From a virus, in the IMG/VR virus record IMGVR_UViG_3300046535_000406, positions 45,498 through 109,497 of that record: a stretch of 64,000 nucleotides of DNA; one strand, given 5' to 3'. The translations under genes were made by a program, and so were the position numbers. This document shows, one piece after another, positions 14,101 through 19,639 of the stretch. The first letter of the stretch is position 1. Each line of letters begins with the position of its first letter. Under the pieces are notes generated by a model, which searched no databases, was not told the origin of the DNA, and was given only the letters and a program-made list of their open reading frames with translations.

Positions 14101-15283
14101 CTGCGCGCTCGCCCGCCTGCGCGAGGGAGTGGAAGTCGTTCAGGGCACCGCCGACCAGCAGCGCCCGGAGCCACTTCACCGTGTCCGGCTGTGCGAGGTT
14201 CCACGGGTTCAGGACGTTCTTCACGATCCAGTTCAGCAGGCCGCCCTTGGCGTGGAGCGCGGCATCTGCCGCCACCATGCTGTCGGTGATGTCGCCTTGG
14301 TTGTCGGCGCTCAGCTGGTTCGCGTTGCGAGCACCAGCGGCCCTGCGCGCTGCCCGCATGGCACGGAGAGCTTGGGCGTGCAGGATGGCGTTGACTCGGG
14401 CAGCGGCCTCCTGCGGCGTGATCCTCCCGGATTGGAGCAGCCGGGTGACCACGGCCAGCTGGTTGCGCACGGCGGCCTGAGCACTGGCGCTGATCTTGGC
14501 GATGGCGGCCAGCAGCTTCCTGACTTGGGCCTGCTGCACCAGCGTCTGGTTGGCCTGTGCCAGCTTCGCTCGCTCAGCCGCGATGCGATCGAGGATGACC
14601 GGGATTGACGTGTTCTCGGAGTCGGCCACCGCCCGAGCGAAGCCCTTGCGCATCACGTCGTCCATGCGCACGGCGACCGACTGCAACAGCAGGGCCTCCA
14701 TGGCCGGGGCGTCCTTGGCCTGCTTGGGGTCCTTGCCGTTGGTGGTGGTGATCAGGCGCCCGATCAGGTCGCCCACGGAGCCGACCGGGATGACCGTCTC
14801 GGCGGGTGCCAGCCCGGCGGCCATGAGCGTGCGCTGAATGTCCTGCTGGTCCTGCGTCGAGAGCCGTGACAGGTTGCCCAGCGATCGCTTGCCGACGGTG
14901 TAGGCGTTGCTCGCCTGACGCAGGTAGGCCGCGCTGAGCGCCGCCGTGAACTGGGTGCTGGTCAGCGTGCCAGCCTGAAACTGCTCGATCAGCAGCAGCG
15001 CCGACTCCACGAACTGGCGCACTGCCCGGGACAGGCGCTCATCGGCGCCGGGGTTGCGCTGGGCCGGTCCCCAGCCGATCACCGGCAGCCCTGCGCTCAG
15101 CGCGTAGGCGATCGCCTGAAGGTGGTTGATGTCCCGGTCCGAGGCGACGATGCCCGTCGCGTCCTCTTGGATGGCAACGTCGTACTGGGGGTCGTACCAG
15201 AGAGGATCACTGGCGCTTCGCAGCGCCTCGGTGATCTGTTCCAGCAGCGCCTCGGTGAGGTCCCGGTCAGTCTCCGCGACCAT
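1..15283 (-). CDS. Giant (>=5,094 aa, runs off window) MuF-like minor head protein / polyvalent effector: MuF-type Cys motif, 2 zincins, HipA-like kinase, ART-like, NUDIX, ~29 KOW/SH3-like repeats
   Basis: ATG at 15283 overlaps the portal 3' end, with GAGG upstream. Manual translation stays in one frame to base 2 (MVAETDRDLTEAL...FHQGDWVTV). The ORF track lists no stop-terminated minus ORF in this frame. WWTLGDADHCDDC...HTQCGLNCKCRFEY at 13805-13960 resembles the MuF Cys motif. Confidence 0.88.
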   Translation of the reverse strand, partial: MVAETDRDLTEALLEQITEALRSASDPLWYDPQYDVAIQEDATGIVASDRDINHLQAIAYALSAGLPVIGWGPAQRNPGADERLSRAVRQFVESALLLIEQFQAGTLTSTQFTAALSAAYLRQASNAYTVGKRSLGNLSRLSTQDQQDIQRTLMAAGLAPAETVIPVGSVGDLIGRLITTTNGKDPKQAKDAPAMEALLLQSVAVRMDDVMRKGFARAVADSENTSIPVILDRIAAERAKLAQANQTLVQQAQVRKLLAAIAKISASAQAAVRNQLAVVTRLLQSGRITPQEAAARVNAILHAQALRAMRAARRAAGARNANQLSADNQGDITDSMVAADAALHAKGGLLNWIVKNVLNPWNLAQPDTVKWLRALLVGGALNDFHSLAQAGERAAFRVGDNIAPVTGATPTAQTVADVANVQSAIGQDHVFSPTPMGQIIQVWWTLGDADHCDDCIELSDMSPYSYDALMSMGLFPGSGHTQCGLNCKCRFEYDVPDTVCGDPLAGISDFAESMVTEGPINLVWIKEADACGTPIPVASLLGDLPDYGPSQQPVADQNAFTWDTDVASQIVVDAPALALPEELAWLKHPPDLHAPYIRDGIREPGVGPVLVQKFALGDNTYSAVYQEDAKNLRFITGAMTGASSHTFEPEMTVAAIRWAAQSAAERGLSLQFDNRLVNQGLADFLNGLGAVSAELPLAQRIPDTIAAGASIFTEHPILPGPQLTWMREMPEMPSFRALAAEPHVSNANAIVQTAFEPSPEHPMADAMALFPGMKNLAGEAFSSAQWDMLRAKAELFDQLGIDRSLNSALSVIESSDGVGYAGRAFSDGRINLEPEMGLAGKITVSNTFGDAWAHEYGHLVSNRLSQRLGADRWNTFKADFRGDNLLKLKSYADTSDEEFWAEAFTAMTRPDYIPGTLAGDTEAWSLMREGGVWHTPEITFPVTKFGAFPTEQVLVDPSKWGTGGLLPGWKWGSADKLGKGTTPRVLLKDPTGQEFLLKPYGVSEEVAGSRVTTLFGLDAPPVARIAFGTGDNPWYAWQALVPRTAQSYWVRAPDAATLARVLGHDEERQLFGHGLVDYLIHNADGHGGNYLYDSGRVWAIDKGYGFDRLGSGLTPSLTDFYERADASMFGRIDHSPDLLLRLTPQDVATTLDRFDGVTDQQLLNAVGDALTTDAAKADLLSRKHNLRQSVEDLFADRTTIADHPSAAWKAWLDDGGTFPYTPPADLGATVSEVTNVSELVARMEARYPGTDWSGLLEVPFDTGKVLAKRMDMLFSRFGTIPSFRGVALRTYAPGKGTIAEVARIDPNVPGSKVFLNRAMFTDSTALQKAFLRDKANVPFSVGGQIATNADEWASDVVTHEMGHEWLGMNLHSRLGADRYAPVRQELEPWLKSTLWPALKTTHISKYARSNQHELWAETFAGAIEGMNQPETKQLAAIFDKFYPAKPADPLLGFSPQDLPSVNLTDVMKPKDTGFFKNNTPQAVRDAVLALPEAEREGATKLIRNMATLWKKDVSVVPTDWQVWLIKGSTFEAPTEVLPAAATLWDKKLTPQWSKPEVPLPPAPTAAEFAPEGSAGIVTQLLNPKDEWWLEPNLKPIADAAEWNAVDTGAINKSLRAGEHVADQSVDGTMVKGKDLLDYYDRLSTQAETTAPGILYRGQSLKAGALGKVGDSYVDKAIPFATSSGNKAYNFAIPGGVVQRMHVPKGFRLSAGEATYQVQLPRNLRWRIVRVTDGKELGLAENVSVVDLVPDTGVVPGYQYTGVPFKSFTAPPKPDTPFDGLTFKIDEKAPVLEPGTTVEPIPVEGIAPLNTPPVDWTGHVPEEPPLPEGAVADWQLKDMREAADKAWLRWEAVQSGEAKYAITWSQAESDAAKKAGLFEQKIGSQYYAAKSKADLDALDKAVKGGLDTNSDAFWKDTLGYSQKQLDTIDAYDVAKKGTHSLRAGVVLVEPDGRMWIISPRNRWAGYENTFAKGGVDLNETTAQAAVREAREEMGFSVELDKYLGDFTATDNGSITRYYVAHRTGGGPAWAKTIKETYSVRLGTPSEVRPVLLRYDKPDSRDTKVLDSYLEQAGLPPVAPPITEPPARLLGMSPDDVSGGSPFLHEQLGYDPQIAEASAGVWTPTSMPTGLMKVELPGGPDGTSSVFFRDDEAAKTRRWVLTAFKNDSGVLVAAADPAMAQLRANAMLAMVTNLPKGWDLSIEGSMGFGKADFALLGIPGEVPGFGKTLLIGNGDAVKVAKIMADPTALSADAPTLTLTPAVTDTLAAKLGPADPTIAVGQIVGTNTPTHFATHGVEAPADPFFETYGVAKPAWDTSLFVSEGKAPDEVLSSVHWKIGTTDQPINLFYPNAASSFVRMGVPEWKVTGIETRRAILLKEILRQADKGMEVEVTVSTTETAKLADLFTVLGSKSEGGSWRLDAPQLQLLRKATDQNVSITSLLPPPGITTAAMHPAAQAKSLDQTLGHVVTATPNKLSAQGTTGIGEKWGFDQHEAYNFVNGTGTGIPTPDGPDLKSHPQKQVWTTSKGGDVEFYWDTSPNGNLRLNQVITGENVSEPDVAAALVGQLQYFAGVMQNPALYGVNHLAVRIDDAVMNVLGDKTKQMLTAAGLKPSSVLGGWILSRPNTIGLVHSLLNDLTDVAAVASVAPAAFAIGDTVLHATYGIGTVIDAVAGGTFYVKFPSVTSYFLADQLKPIVKAITSLKPGDMVHTLDNKPALIASISADGQKALVKIGFGEQTFSIADLSLAHQWQIGDLVNYLGNEGSITKIEPDILFLKTTADGKLFATEPWNANLTFIGSQPAWEVGDTLVNGAGVKGAVTFVHADGFIDVHWATGTSPSIHVDPNATTLGVPLTKTGSLGAPTAPAAPSAAGFRVGDKVQSGGLSGTKGVIAAVFPDAGKVTVTWDSGITSTAFDPTHPNVMLKHVEPSATFKVGDHVANMWDATGTITNVADGKVGITWDISPGAGAGLLIDPTTVGLKHVPDVGVTQPPLKVGDTVIEQISGKGQMVTVQTIDPVGTLALVELPDGSTTWMAVSSLVKPGFSSPAWAVGTATPVAAVTTFVQGDVVKTAFGVGKVNKVLPGDVIEVTLPSGAYKSFTVGELSSVAPQVGDAVIHPTLGHATITKIDTGITPVQIQVKAVGSEAWAWANPDNVVKVGDKLQHGAIVQTIDANQVIAVTGGAKFTSPVSEVQKDLKLGKYPGLTPGTGAVTTAAEPWKVGDQALWQPPGFAHPEQVTIQAVSPSGLITVKGAAANAFPVAPTELARVPAATTEPFKVGDAVLVTKGAAFSGQVGSITHVGLLSSGETYYDVALPGAPYVSFKAEELAPAPGTAPGVMAPGGVPAGITVGAKVEIEGLTGTVTQIAPNGILTIAVDTGGSTTAYGIGDAKVVMVQHGPPLRIDGKVHISGTGVSSLDGQDGIISAIHPNGTYAVTKLDGATAQDVSAKNLHPFLTWNVGDTALLPSGTKVEIKSITGLDFYGATVQYADGHIDKWPVWALVKPAGAAPTPVVPTNPFKIGDHVTTPSGSSGVVSEITPPQGVSGGMIVMKLPDGTSLVTSPATLKMTRPPGAVGGLFQKLGVSKAEFDKGWQTQLATGESAYQVKPVGGAIGGLYASMKKNLQGDLVLYSIGGTTLGSDASYLAALSGIASFPLDPLKIAPKNLIVPTSFLNAMPTLSDLMKQAGAVESQYGWLTLTAAQATDLATKLSTDTQLITVGSLAAGGTKVAGSIDFAGWATEDIAQMAAAIGAIPDTLALGGGALSLSWKAGKFDIGGTLDYPPNATKPMRILNLTSPIAMQNTTFMVVTQYAGESLSYGQKLIYEDQALSVIDEHWKNMLLDHYNGSLDLSGSQTRIILPYEDAQQLAKDIKQASGIASPQALPVPPQTGVLTGATLAVPNPVTVGAYDPLTASLYTVQYEKSVSGHSLLSGANTTMKQTHYGTGAIDGGTAEWRRIGNRLELWQTTGDQLGVFAAQMRKFNDYMDATPSLTHLNLKGPILEPGPVRTWLEEAGWDPSQKLLKSDVDQIVSDLDSEVGAATNAVPVTLAFGSVPGYDPAVVDNFAMHWGVETNEKAAYLSGANTSVKHVVWGGGSSLDYRRLGNRVELLKLTAPSEHIADNVAFAFIQHAADLFDKTPSLYRLRIDSDAFLATSLSMRDTLKAYGGVLSKTNDMAFKPEDVQAIRDKLVADGQAPTIVTVAPPPVAPTFSTLGTIEGYDPQAIALASIPDIEQTIHPVHLAGTANKALKETIYGDGNQALKVQWRRIGQRIEVSSAEGDYTPTLLLAHMKRMAEAMETTPGIEYTVVRASIVGGMPLDLRNLFEVAYGTAATKGDIKMGRLDAEALLKDLKADEVKAKAAPGIAPTIQSAPKPVPATTVASSYAAGDHIVWGKGLNGFVTSVDHNGKLSVTSVSGTTFKLKPEDVTPYTATTPNVVFPGSKAGGYNLGDQVQWGKPSLGTPMQTGTVTQISQSGELTITTQSGAVVHKAATNPNLSKVAPAVSFAKGVIEPPPTTLAVGDKVKFVGSGPPTYEVMAVKPNGLIDVKDSDGNLWADMNGEHAVKVGVVPAFTPIPPEGLKVGDWALKPDGKYAKVMHTFDNGNVQLSIGNTFAPGDIVPAGSVTKVAEPTKQAAFSIGDQVVLPNGKVDVIASIDGVDEYHVAGAPGLPFFGKDMLLAKPAEPAGLKVGDIVDHMNGNSAYKGGTVVAINDVSKTANVKWPGFGGAQGLESPQVNLKLVGAPPPVLAKVGDEIVVKPGGGDATGDVATYGGQMGTVNYVSLNGQMMDVTMLDGSTGTFAQNEVIVSAKAGTLTPAAVPSPLTPKAGDTVSVNGKTGTVMGTHGIVNGEMTWGVEFPGEPVWGYFPTSQLSAAVGPKVGGKVTVKAIGGAFDGETGTITAISPDGLDIEVILNDEHATQVTFEPSELENANPAPFRIGEHVNYGGQNLTVTKLFPVTGNVQAMGVDGTPFVLVPESVNKGWITATTPAPKFAVGDKVLTNDYGIGTIAQVNSATVEVSFDPLTSPNAPSSKIYNPAKLTPKPQIKVGDSVLTYGGDEGVVNYLSPDGLTAHVTTMTANLTQETKDLTLVKVQPGFHQGDWVTV
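2250..3600 (-). repeat. Three copies of an unrecognised ~145-aa domain
   Basis: Each copy has YDP...AN..[MVL]K...[YW]G.G...[WY]RR[IL]G[NQ]R[LVI]E...TP[SG][LI]. Confidence 0.75.
4600..7350 (-). repeat. Block A: ~16 tandem KOW/SH3-like protein repeats
   Basis: Recurrent [FWL]-x-[VI]-G-D-x-V units of about 55 aa (FAIGDTV, WQIGDLV, FRVGDKV, FKVGDHV, FKIGDHV etc.). Confidence 0.75.
9090..9470 (-). other. NUDIX hydrolase domain of giant protein
   Basis: Intact Nudix box GGVDLNETTAQAAVREAREEMGF at about 9302-9370. Confidence 0.9.
10040..10500 (-). other. VIP2/C3-like ADP-ribosyltransferase-fold domain (catalytic Glu apparently substituted)
   Basis: INKSLR...LYRG...FATSS...EATYQVQLPRNLRWRI. Confidence 0.7.
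10980..11560 (-). other. Zincin metallopeptidase domain 2 of giant protein
   Basis: VVTHEMGH...ISKYARSNQHELWAETF. Confidence 0.82.
11730..12380 (-). other. HipA/PI3-4-kinase-like domain of giant protein
   Basis: KLGKGTTP...FLLKP...EVAGS...DYLIHNADGHGGNYL...AIDKG. Confidence 0.8.
12560..12900 (-). other. Zincin metallopeptidase domain 1 of giant protein
   Basis: WAHEYGH...SYADTSDEEFWAEAF. Confidence 0.8.
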
Positions 15284-17342
15284 ACGTCGCCTCGGCAGCA
15301 TCTGCGGCCTGCCGTGCAATCTCTACCAGACGGTGGACGCGGACCCGCTCGTCCGGCGGAGCCCACGACTCCTGAATGGGAGGCGCGGTGTCCTGCTTGA
15401 CTCCGGCCTTCTGTGCCGCCGTCGGCATCATGCCCGGCACCGGCGAGAGCTTCGTCGGGAAGCCGCCCTGAGCCGCCAGTGGCGTCAACAGCGACTGCGG
15501 GTCGATCGGCTGTGGGCCGGTGGCGCCCTTCATCATGCCCTCGGGCAGCGGCGGGAACAGGCGGTCCATCAGCTGGTCCACGTCCTCGATTTCGAGCGCG
15601 ACCATGGCGATGGACAGGACCCACTTGCCAGCCTCGGGGTTCTGAAGCGGCAGCATGTCGTAGAGCGCCTTCAGGGCCGTGAAGTAGGCCGCAAGGTCCT
15701 TCTTGATGATCGGCGGGAAGACGACGCTCACGTACCAGTCGATCGGCTTGCTCGGCCCCGGGTCTTGGTCCGACAGGGCCGTGAAGACCATCGGCTGGAC
15801 GGCAGGCGGCGGCGGCGGCACGAACGGCTGGGGCGGGCCACCCGGCGCGGCGGGGTCGGCAGGCTTGGACGGATCGGCAGTCGCCTTGGCAGGGTCGGCG
15901 CCGTTCACCTTGGCGCTGTCGCCCTTCACGTGAATGTTGATGTCGCCCTCGTGCAGTTGCACCGGCGAGCCTGCGCGACCGGCAGGCGGTCCACCTGCGC
16001 CGACGGGTGCCGTGGTCGGACCCGGGTTCAGCTGAGGCGGTCCAGCTGGCTGTGCGGACGAGGTGTCAAGCACCTGCTGCGCCGTCATCGACCGCTCGCT
16101 GTATTTCGTGGAGTCGTCGCGTGGGCCGAGCTTGCCAGCGTCGTGAGCCGTCTCCAACGCGAAGGTGACGATGTCCGACATGATGTCGCCCAGCCACTTC
16201 TGCCACGACTCGTACATCTTCAGGAGCGGAAGCTCCATGGCGGTCGCGGTCGCGAGGTTGGCGTTGGCCTCGTCGCCGAAGTAGTGGTTCGGGATGCCGC
16301 CCATGCCCGAGCCGCCCATCATGCGGAGGATGCGCTCGTCGGCCAGCGCGTTCGTGCCGCCGGTGTCGTTCTTCATCCATTCGAGGGACGAGTAGTCGTT
16401 CTCCACGATGGTCGAGCCCGGCGCCGGAGCAGGGTTGGTGTCGTAGCCGGTGGCGCTCACCTGCATTGACGACTGAAGCCGGGCGACCTCGGCGGCCACA
16501 TCCTGAGCCGTGCTGTTCTTGCGCTTCTTCTTCCACGCGAACGTGGCAGCTGCGTCAGTGATCGTGGAGCGGTTCTCCATGAACCGCTTGTGCGCGTTGA
16601 CCCAGTCGAGCGCGGCCTCTATCTCGGACTCGCCCATCTTCGACTTGCCACGGCGGCAGAGCATGACCAGCCCGTCCTCGACCGCCTTGGGCGCGGTCTG
16701 GCCCTTGGGGTCCAGAGGAGCGTCGTTGCGCCACTCGCGATACCAGATGAAGTCGTCTGCCGTGGTGGCGGAGTAGGAGCCAACGTTGAAGTCGTAGCTG
16801 CCGCCCAGCTTGCGCACCTTCACCCAGAGCGGGATGCGCCAGTTCTCGGGATCGGTGACCACGTCCTCGATCAGCAGCGAGTCGATCGAGCCAAGCTCGA
16901 CCTTGCCTTCATCGGTGTCGGGGAACATGACCAGCACTTGCAGGCCGTCGGTGAAGGCACCCTTCAGGAAGTCGGACTGGGCCATGTAGCCGAAGAACGT
17001 CTGCTGGTTCACCGGGTTCTGGACAAGCTCGTCAACGATCTTCGCGACACGGGTCTTGTTGGCGGCGGAGAGAGTCACGCCGCGCCCGATGGTGTAGTTC
17101 ACGAGCAGGTTGGACGCCTGCTTCACGAGCGGGCTGCGCCGGGCTGCGCGTCGCGCACGGCGGATCGTCGTGATCCGCTCGTCTCGGGTCAGGTACGTCT
17201 CGTCGCCGGAACGGTCGTACGAGAGGTTCGTCCAGTTGGCGTCTTCGAGAGCGCGCTCGACCGTCAACAGGGCTTCGCGAATGCTGACCGGCTTGGGTCC
17301 AGCGAAGGCGGGAGCGCCGTTCGGCTGCACGGTGAGTCCCAT
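15267..17342 (-). CDS. Phage portal protein with Pro-rich insertions
   Basis: RRSPLVKQASNLLVNYTIGRG...GIPNHYFGDEANANLATATAMELP pattern; sits immediately before the MuF-like gene; start moved to MGLTVQ. Confidence 0.8.
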   Translation of the reverse strand: MGLTVQPNGAPAFAGPKPVSIREALLTVERALEDANWTNLSYDRSGDETYLTRDERITTIRRARRAARRSPLVKQASNLLVNYTIGRGVTLSAANKTRVAKIVDELVQNPVNQQTFFGYMAQSDFLKGAFTDGLQVLVMFPDTDEGKVELGSIDSLLIEDVVTDPENWRIPLWVKVRKLGGSYDFNVGSYSATTADDFIWYREWRNDAPLDPKGQTAPKAVEDGLVMLCRRGKSKMGESEIEAALDWVNAHKRFMENRSTITDAAATFAWKKKRKNSTAQDVAAEVARLQSSMQVSATGYDTNPAPAPGSTIVENDYSSLEWMKNDTGGTNALADERILRMMGGSGMGGIPNHYFGDEANANLATATAMELPLLKMYESWQKWLGDIMSDIVTFALETAHDAGKLGPRDDSTKYSERSMTAQQVLDTSSAQPAGPPQLNPGPTTAPVGAGGPPAGRAGSPVQLHEGDINIHVKGDSAKVNGADPAKATADPSKPADPAAPGGPPQPFVPPPPPAVQPMVFTALSDQDPGPSKPIDWYVSVVFPPIIKKDLAAYFTALKALYDMLPLQNPEAGKWVLSIAMVALEIEDVDQLMDRLFPPLPEGMMKGATGPQPIDPQSLLTPLAAQGGFPTKLSPVPGMMPTAAQKAGVKQDTAPPIQESWAPPDERVRVHRLVEIARQAADAAEATYGRGD

Positions 17343-17485
17343 CACCAGCACCTGAAGTGCGCCCCATCCTGAACGTCGAAGCTCGGCACGCCCGGATGGG
17401 GCAGAACGCCGCTCCTCAAGAACCGGGGTTGCCGGTCGCGGGGAAAGCCTATCACGGGCGTCCAGACTGCTGGTACTGTGCGCGC

Positions 17486-17713
17486 ATGACCCGCCCCCAT
17501 CCACGCCAAGCGGACGCGCTTGCGCTCGCCTCGGGCATCGCCATCGTCTCCGTGGCCCTCATTGCCGTCGCAGACATCGTCGCCCACGGATCACTCGAAC
17601 CGGCGGTGATGACGCTCGTGGCCTCCACGATCGCGCCTCTGACGCCCGCCCTGATCATCCGCTACGGGATCAACCCGAACCGTAGCGGGCACGAGCAGAG
17701 CCCGCCCCAGTGA
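17486..17713 (+). CDS. Small 2-TM membrane protein (holin-like?)
   Basis: Two hydrophobic segments; GTGA-coupled to the next gene. Confidence 0.5.
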   Translation: MTRPHPRQADALALASGIAIVSVALIAVADIVAHGSLEPAVMTLVASTIAPLTPALIIRYGINPNRSGHEQSPPQ

Positions 17714-18027
17714 ACATTCCCGACTGGCTCGCGTGGGTCCTGCTGGCGATCCCCGTATTCACGTCGGTCGTGTTCGTGCGCATGGCGTGGCGAGCAGGGA
17801 AGGACATGCTCGGGCTGAAGGCGACGACGCTGCCGCTGGTGGAGGCGCGGCTGGTGGTCGGCTGCGGGTTGGCCCTGATCAGCCTCGGTAACGTCCAGAC
17901 CGGGATCGGCTACATCGCCCAGATCGGGAGTGCGACGGACATCAACATCGCCGTCGGCGCCATCGTGGTCCGGGGAGCCCTCCTGCCGGTCGCGCTGTAC
18001 GTCCTGCTGCGGTATCGGGGCGGCTGA
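17710..18027 (+). CDS. Small 3-TM membrane protein
   Basis: Three hydrophobic stretches in 105 aa. Confidence 0.6.
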   Translation: MNIPDWLAWVLLAIPVFTSVVFVRMAWRAGKDMLGLKATTLPLVEARLVVGCGLALISLGNVQTGIGYIAQIGSATDINIAVGAIVVRGALLPVALYVLLRYRGG

Positions 18028-18271
18028 GGAAGTTAGCACCCGGGGGTTGCTACCGGAGTCCCAGAGCGGCGTTCTGATCGCTCGCCCCAGACCTTCCTGC
18101 CGGTCAGAGCTTCCCTATCACCTCAGTTGCGGCTACCGCAGAGACAGTTGGCGTCCAGCACGCTCGGGCCACATGCAACCCGGGCTGCGCCCTCCCGTGA
18201 GACGGCGCGAAGCTGACGCCCGTCGTCATTAGCGCCGGGCTCCGCCAGTGTACCGCAGGGAGTCAATAGGT

Positions 18272-19639
18272 CTAGTGGAAGCGTCCCGTGGAGCGGTGGC
18301 TCCCAAAGCGCCTCATGCGGGCTCCCGGCGCTCCCGTTGGCGGCGGGATGCCAACGGAGACGGCTGGCGTACCCGGGCGAGCGTGCGCCACGACCGGGTC
18401 CGGGTGGAGCCCGTAGGCCCAGTTGATGGTCGGAGCCTTGGCAAGCGCGGCCACTGCGGTCGGCGTGAGGGTGACGTTGTTGTAGCCGAGCAGGACCGTG
18501 GCCGCTATGCCGTCCATGTAGGGCACGGACGCGATGTTGTTCGAGAAGCCGCCACGCATCTTCAGGGAGTTGACCTTGGCGGCAGTCCACGAGCCACCCG
18601 ACGGCGGAGCCGAGAGGAACACGTGCCTCACGACCACGGTCGTGTCTGACACGTCCTCGTTGGTCAGCAGGCTCGTGGTATGAGCCCAGTTGTCGTCAGA
18701 CACCTGAATGCTGATCTGATCGGCGGTCGTGCCGCTGGCGTGGAACGTCATGGTGAAGCCCACACCCTTGATGACCTTGCTGCCAGTCTCGGGCAGGTCG
18801 GACATCAGCCATTCGAGGTAGGCGGTCGAGCGCGCAACCTTCTGGCGCAGCGGGTTGGTGATGACCGACAGGTCAGTCTTGCCGACGTAGGTGTTCGTGT
18901 CGGTCGCGTTGGTCGCCACGTCGCCGCCAGCCGTCCCGTATCCGAAGTCGCCAGCCGTGAAGCTGTGCGAGCCATCAGAGGTTGGGCGGAGCACCACCTG
19001 CTCGCTGCCGAACGCGCCGGAGGTGGCGTAGTCCGCGCCGGGAGTTGTTCCGGGAGCCGACCAGATGTCCACCCAACGCGCATTCAGCACGGAGGTGGCG
19101 CCTCCGGCGGCAACCGACCAGTTGGAGATGTTGAACGACTCGGACAGGCCGAGTGAGCCGTTCGTTCTCGTCGTCCAGACGCCAGTCGAGCTATCCCACG
19201 TGCGCCAGCGCACCGTGTTGGTGCCGGTCGTGGCGTCAATCTCGAACGCCAGCGCATACAGCCGGTTCGCCACGAGCGTCGGCCCGCTGACGGTGCCGTA
19301 GTTGCATTGCAGGACGCCGCCGGTCGTCACCTGAAACGTGAGGTTGTTGCCGCCTGCCTTCACGACATTCACGAGGGCGACCGTTGCGCCGACGGGTAGC
19401 GCGTCGATGGTGAAGTAGCCCTCCCACGCCAGCACCTTGTTCCCAGATGGAATGGGGTGGCGGTGTAGTTGGACCGTCGCGTTAGGCGACTCCTTGTAGC
19501 AGTGCGAGCGCCCGGAGCGGATGCTCGACGCCTCGATGGACGCCGCGCCGTTCACGAGCGACCAGTACGGGCTTGTGCCCTGCGTCGCGCCCGTGACGTT
19601 GATGCCCTCCTCGGAGGTGGTGCAGAAGTCAACGGCCAT
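18272..19639 (-). CDS. Putative virion/tail protein with LamG/concanavalin-like beta-sandwich
   Basis: Thr/Gly/Ser-rich beta protein; TGATG coupling sets the start at MAVDFC. Confidence 0.55.
   Translation of the reverse strand: MAVDFCTTSEEGINVTGATQGTSPYWSLVNGAASIEASSIRSGRSHCYKESPNATVQLHRHPIPSGNKVLAWEGYFTIDALPVGATVALVNVVKAGGNNLTFQVTTGGVLQCNYGTVSGPTLVANRLYALAFEIDATTGTNTVRWRTWDSSTGVWTTRTNGSLGLSESFNISNWSVAAGGATSVLNARWVDIWSAPGTTPGADYATSGAFGSEQVVLRPTSDGSHSFTAGDFGYGTAGGDVATNATDTNTYVGKTDLSVITNPLRQKVARSTAYLEWLMSDLPETGSKVIKGVGFTMTFHASGTTADQISIQVSDDNWAHTTSLLTNEDVSDTTVVVRHVFLSAPPSGGSWTAAKVNSLKMRGGFSNNIASVPYMDGIAATVLLGYNNVTLTPTAVAALAKAPTINWAYGLHPDPVVAHARPGTPAVSVGIPPPTGAPGARMRRFGSHRSTGRFH

Noticed and set aside
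284-16469. Long plus-strand ORFs (e.g. 4733-6787, 8288-10675, 11171-12844)
   Set aside because: Antisense shadows of the giant gene and portal in GC-rich DNA; Arg/Gly/His-rich with no motifs.
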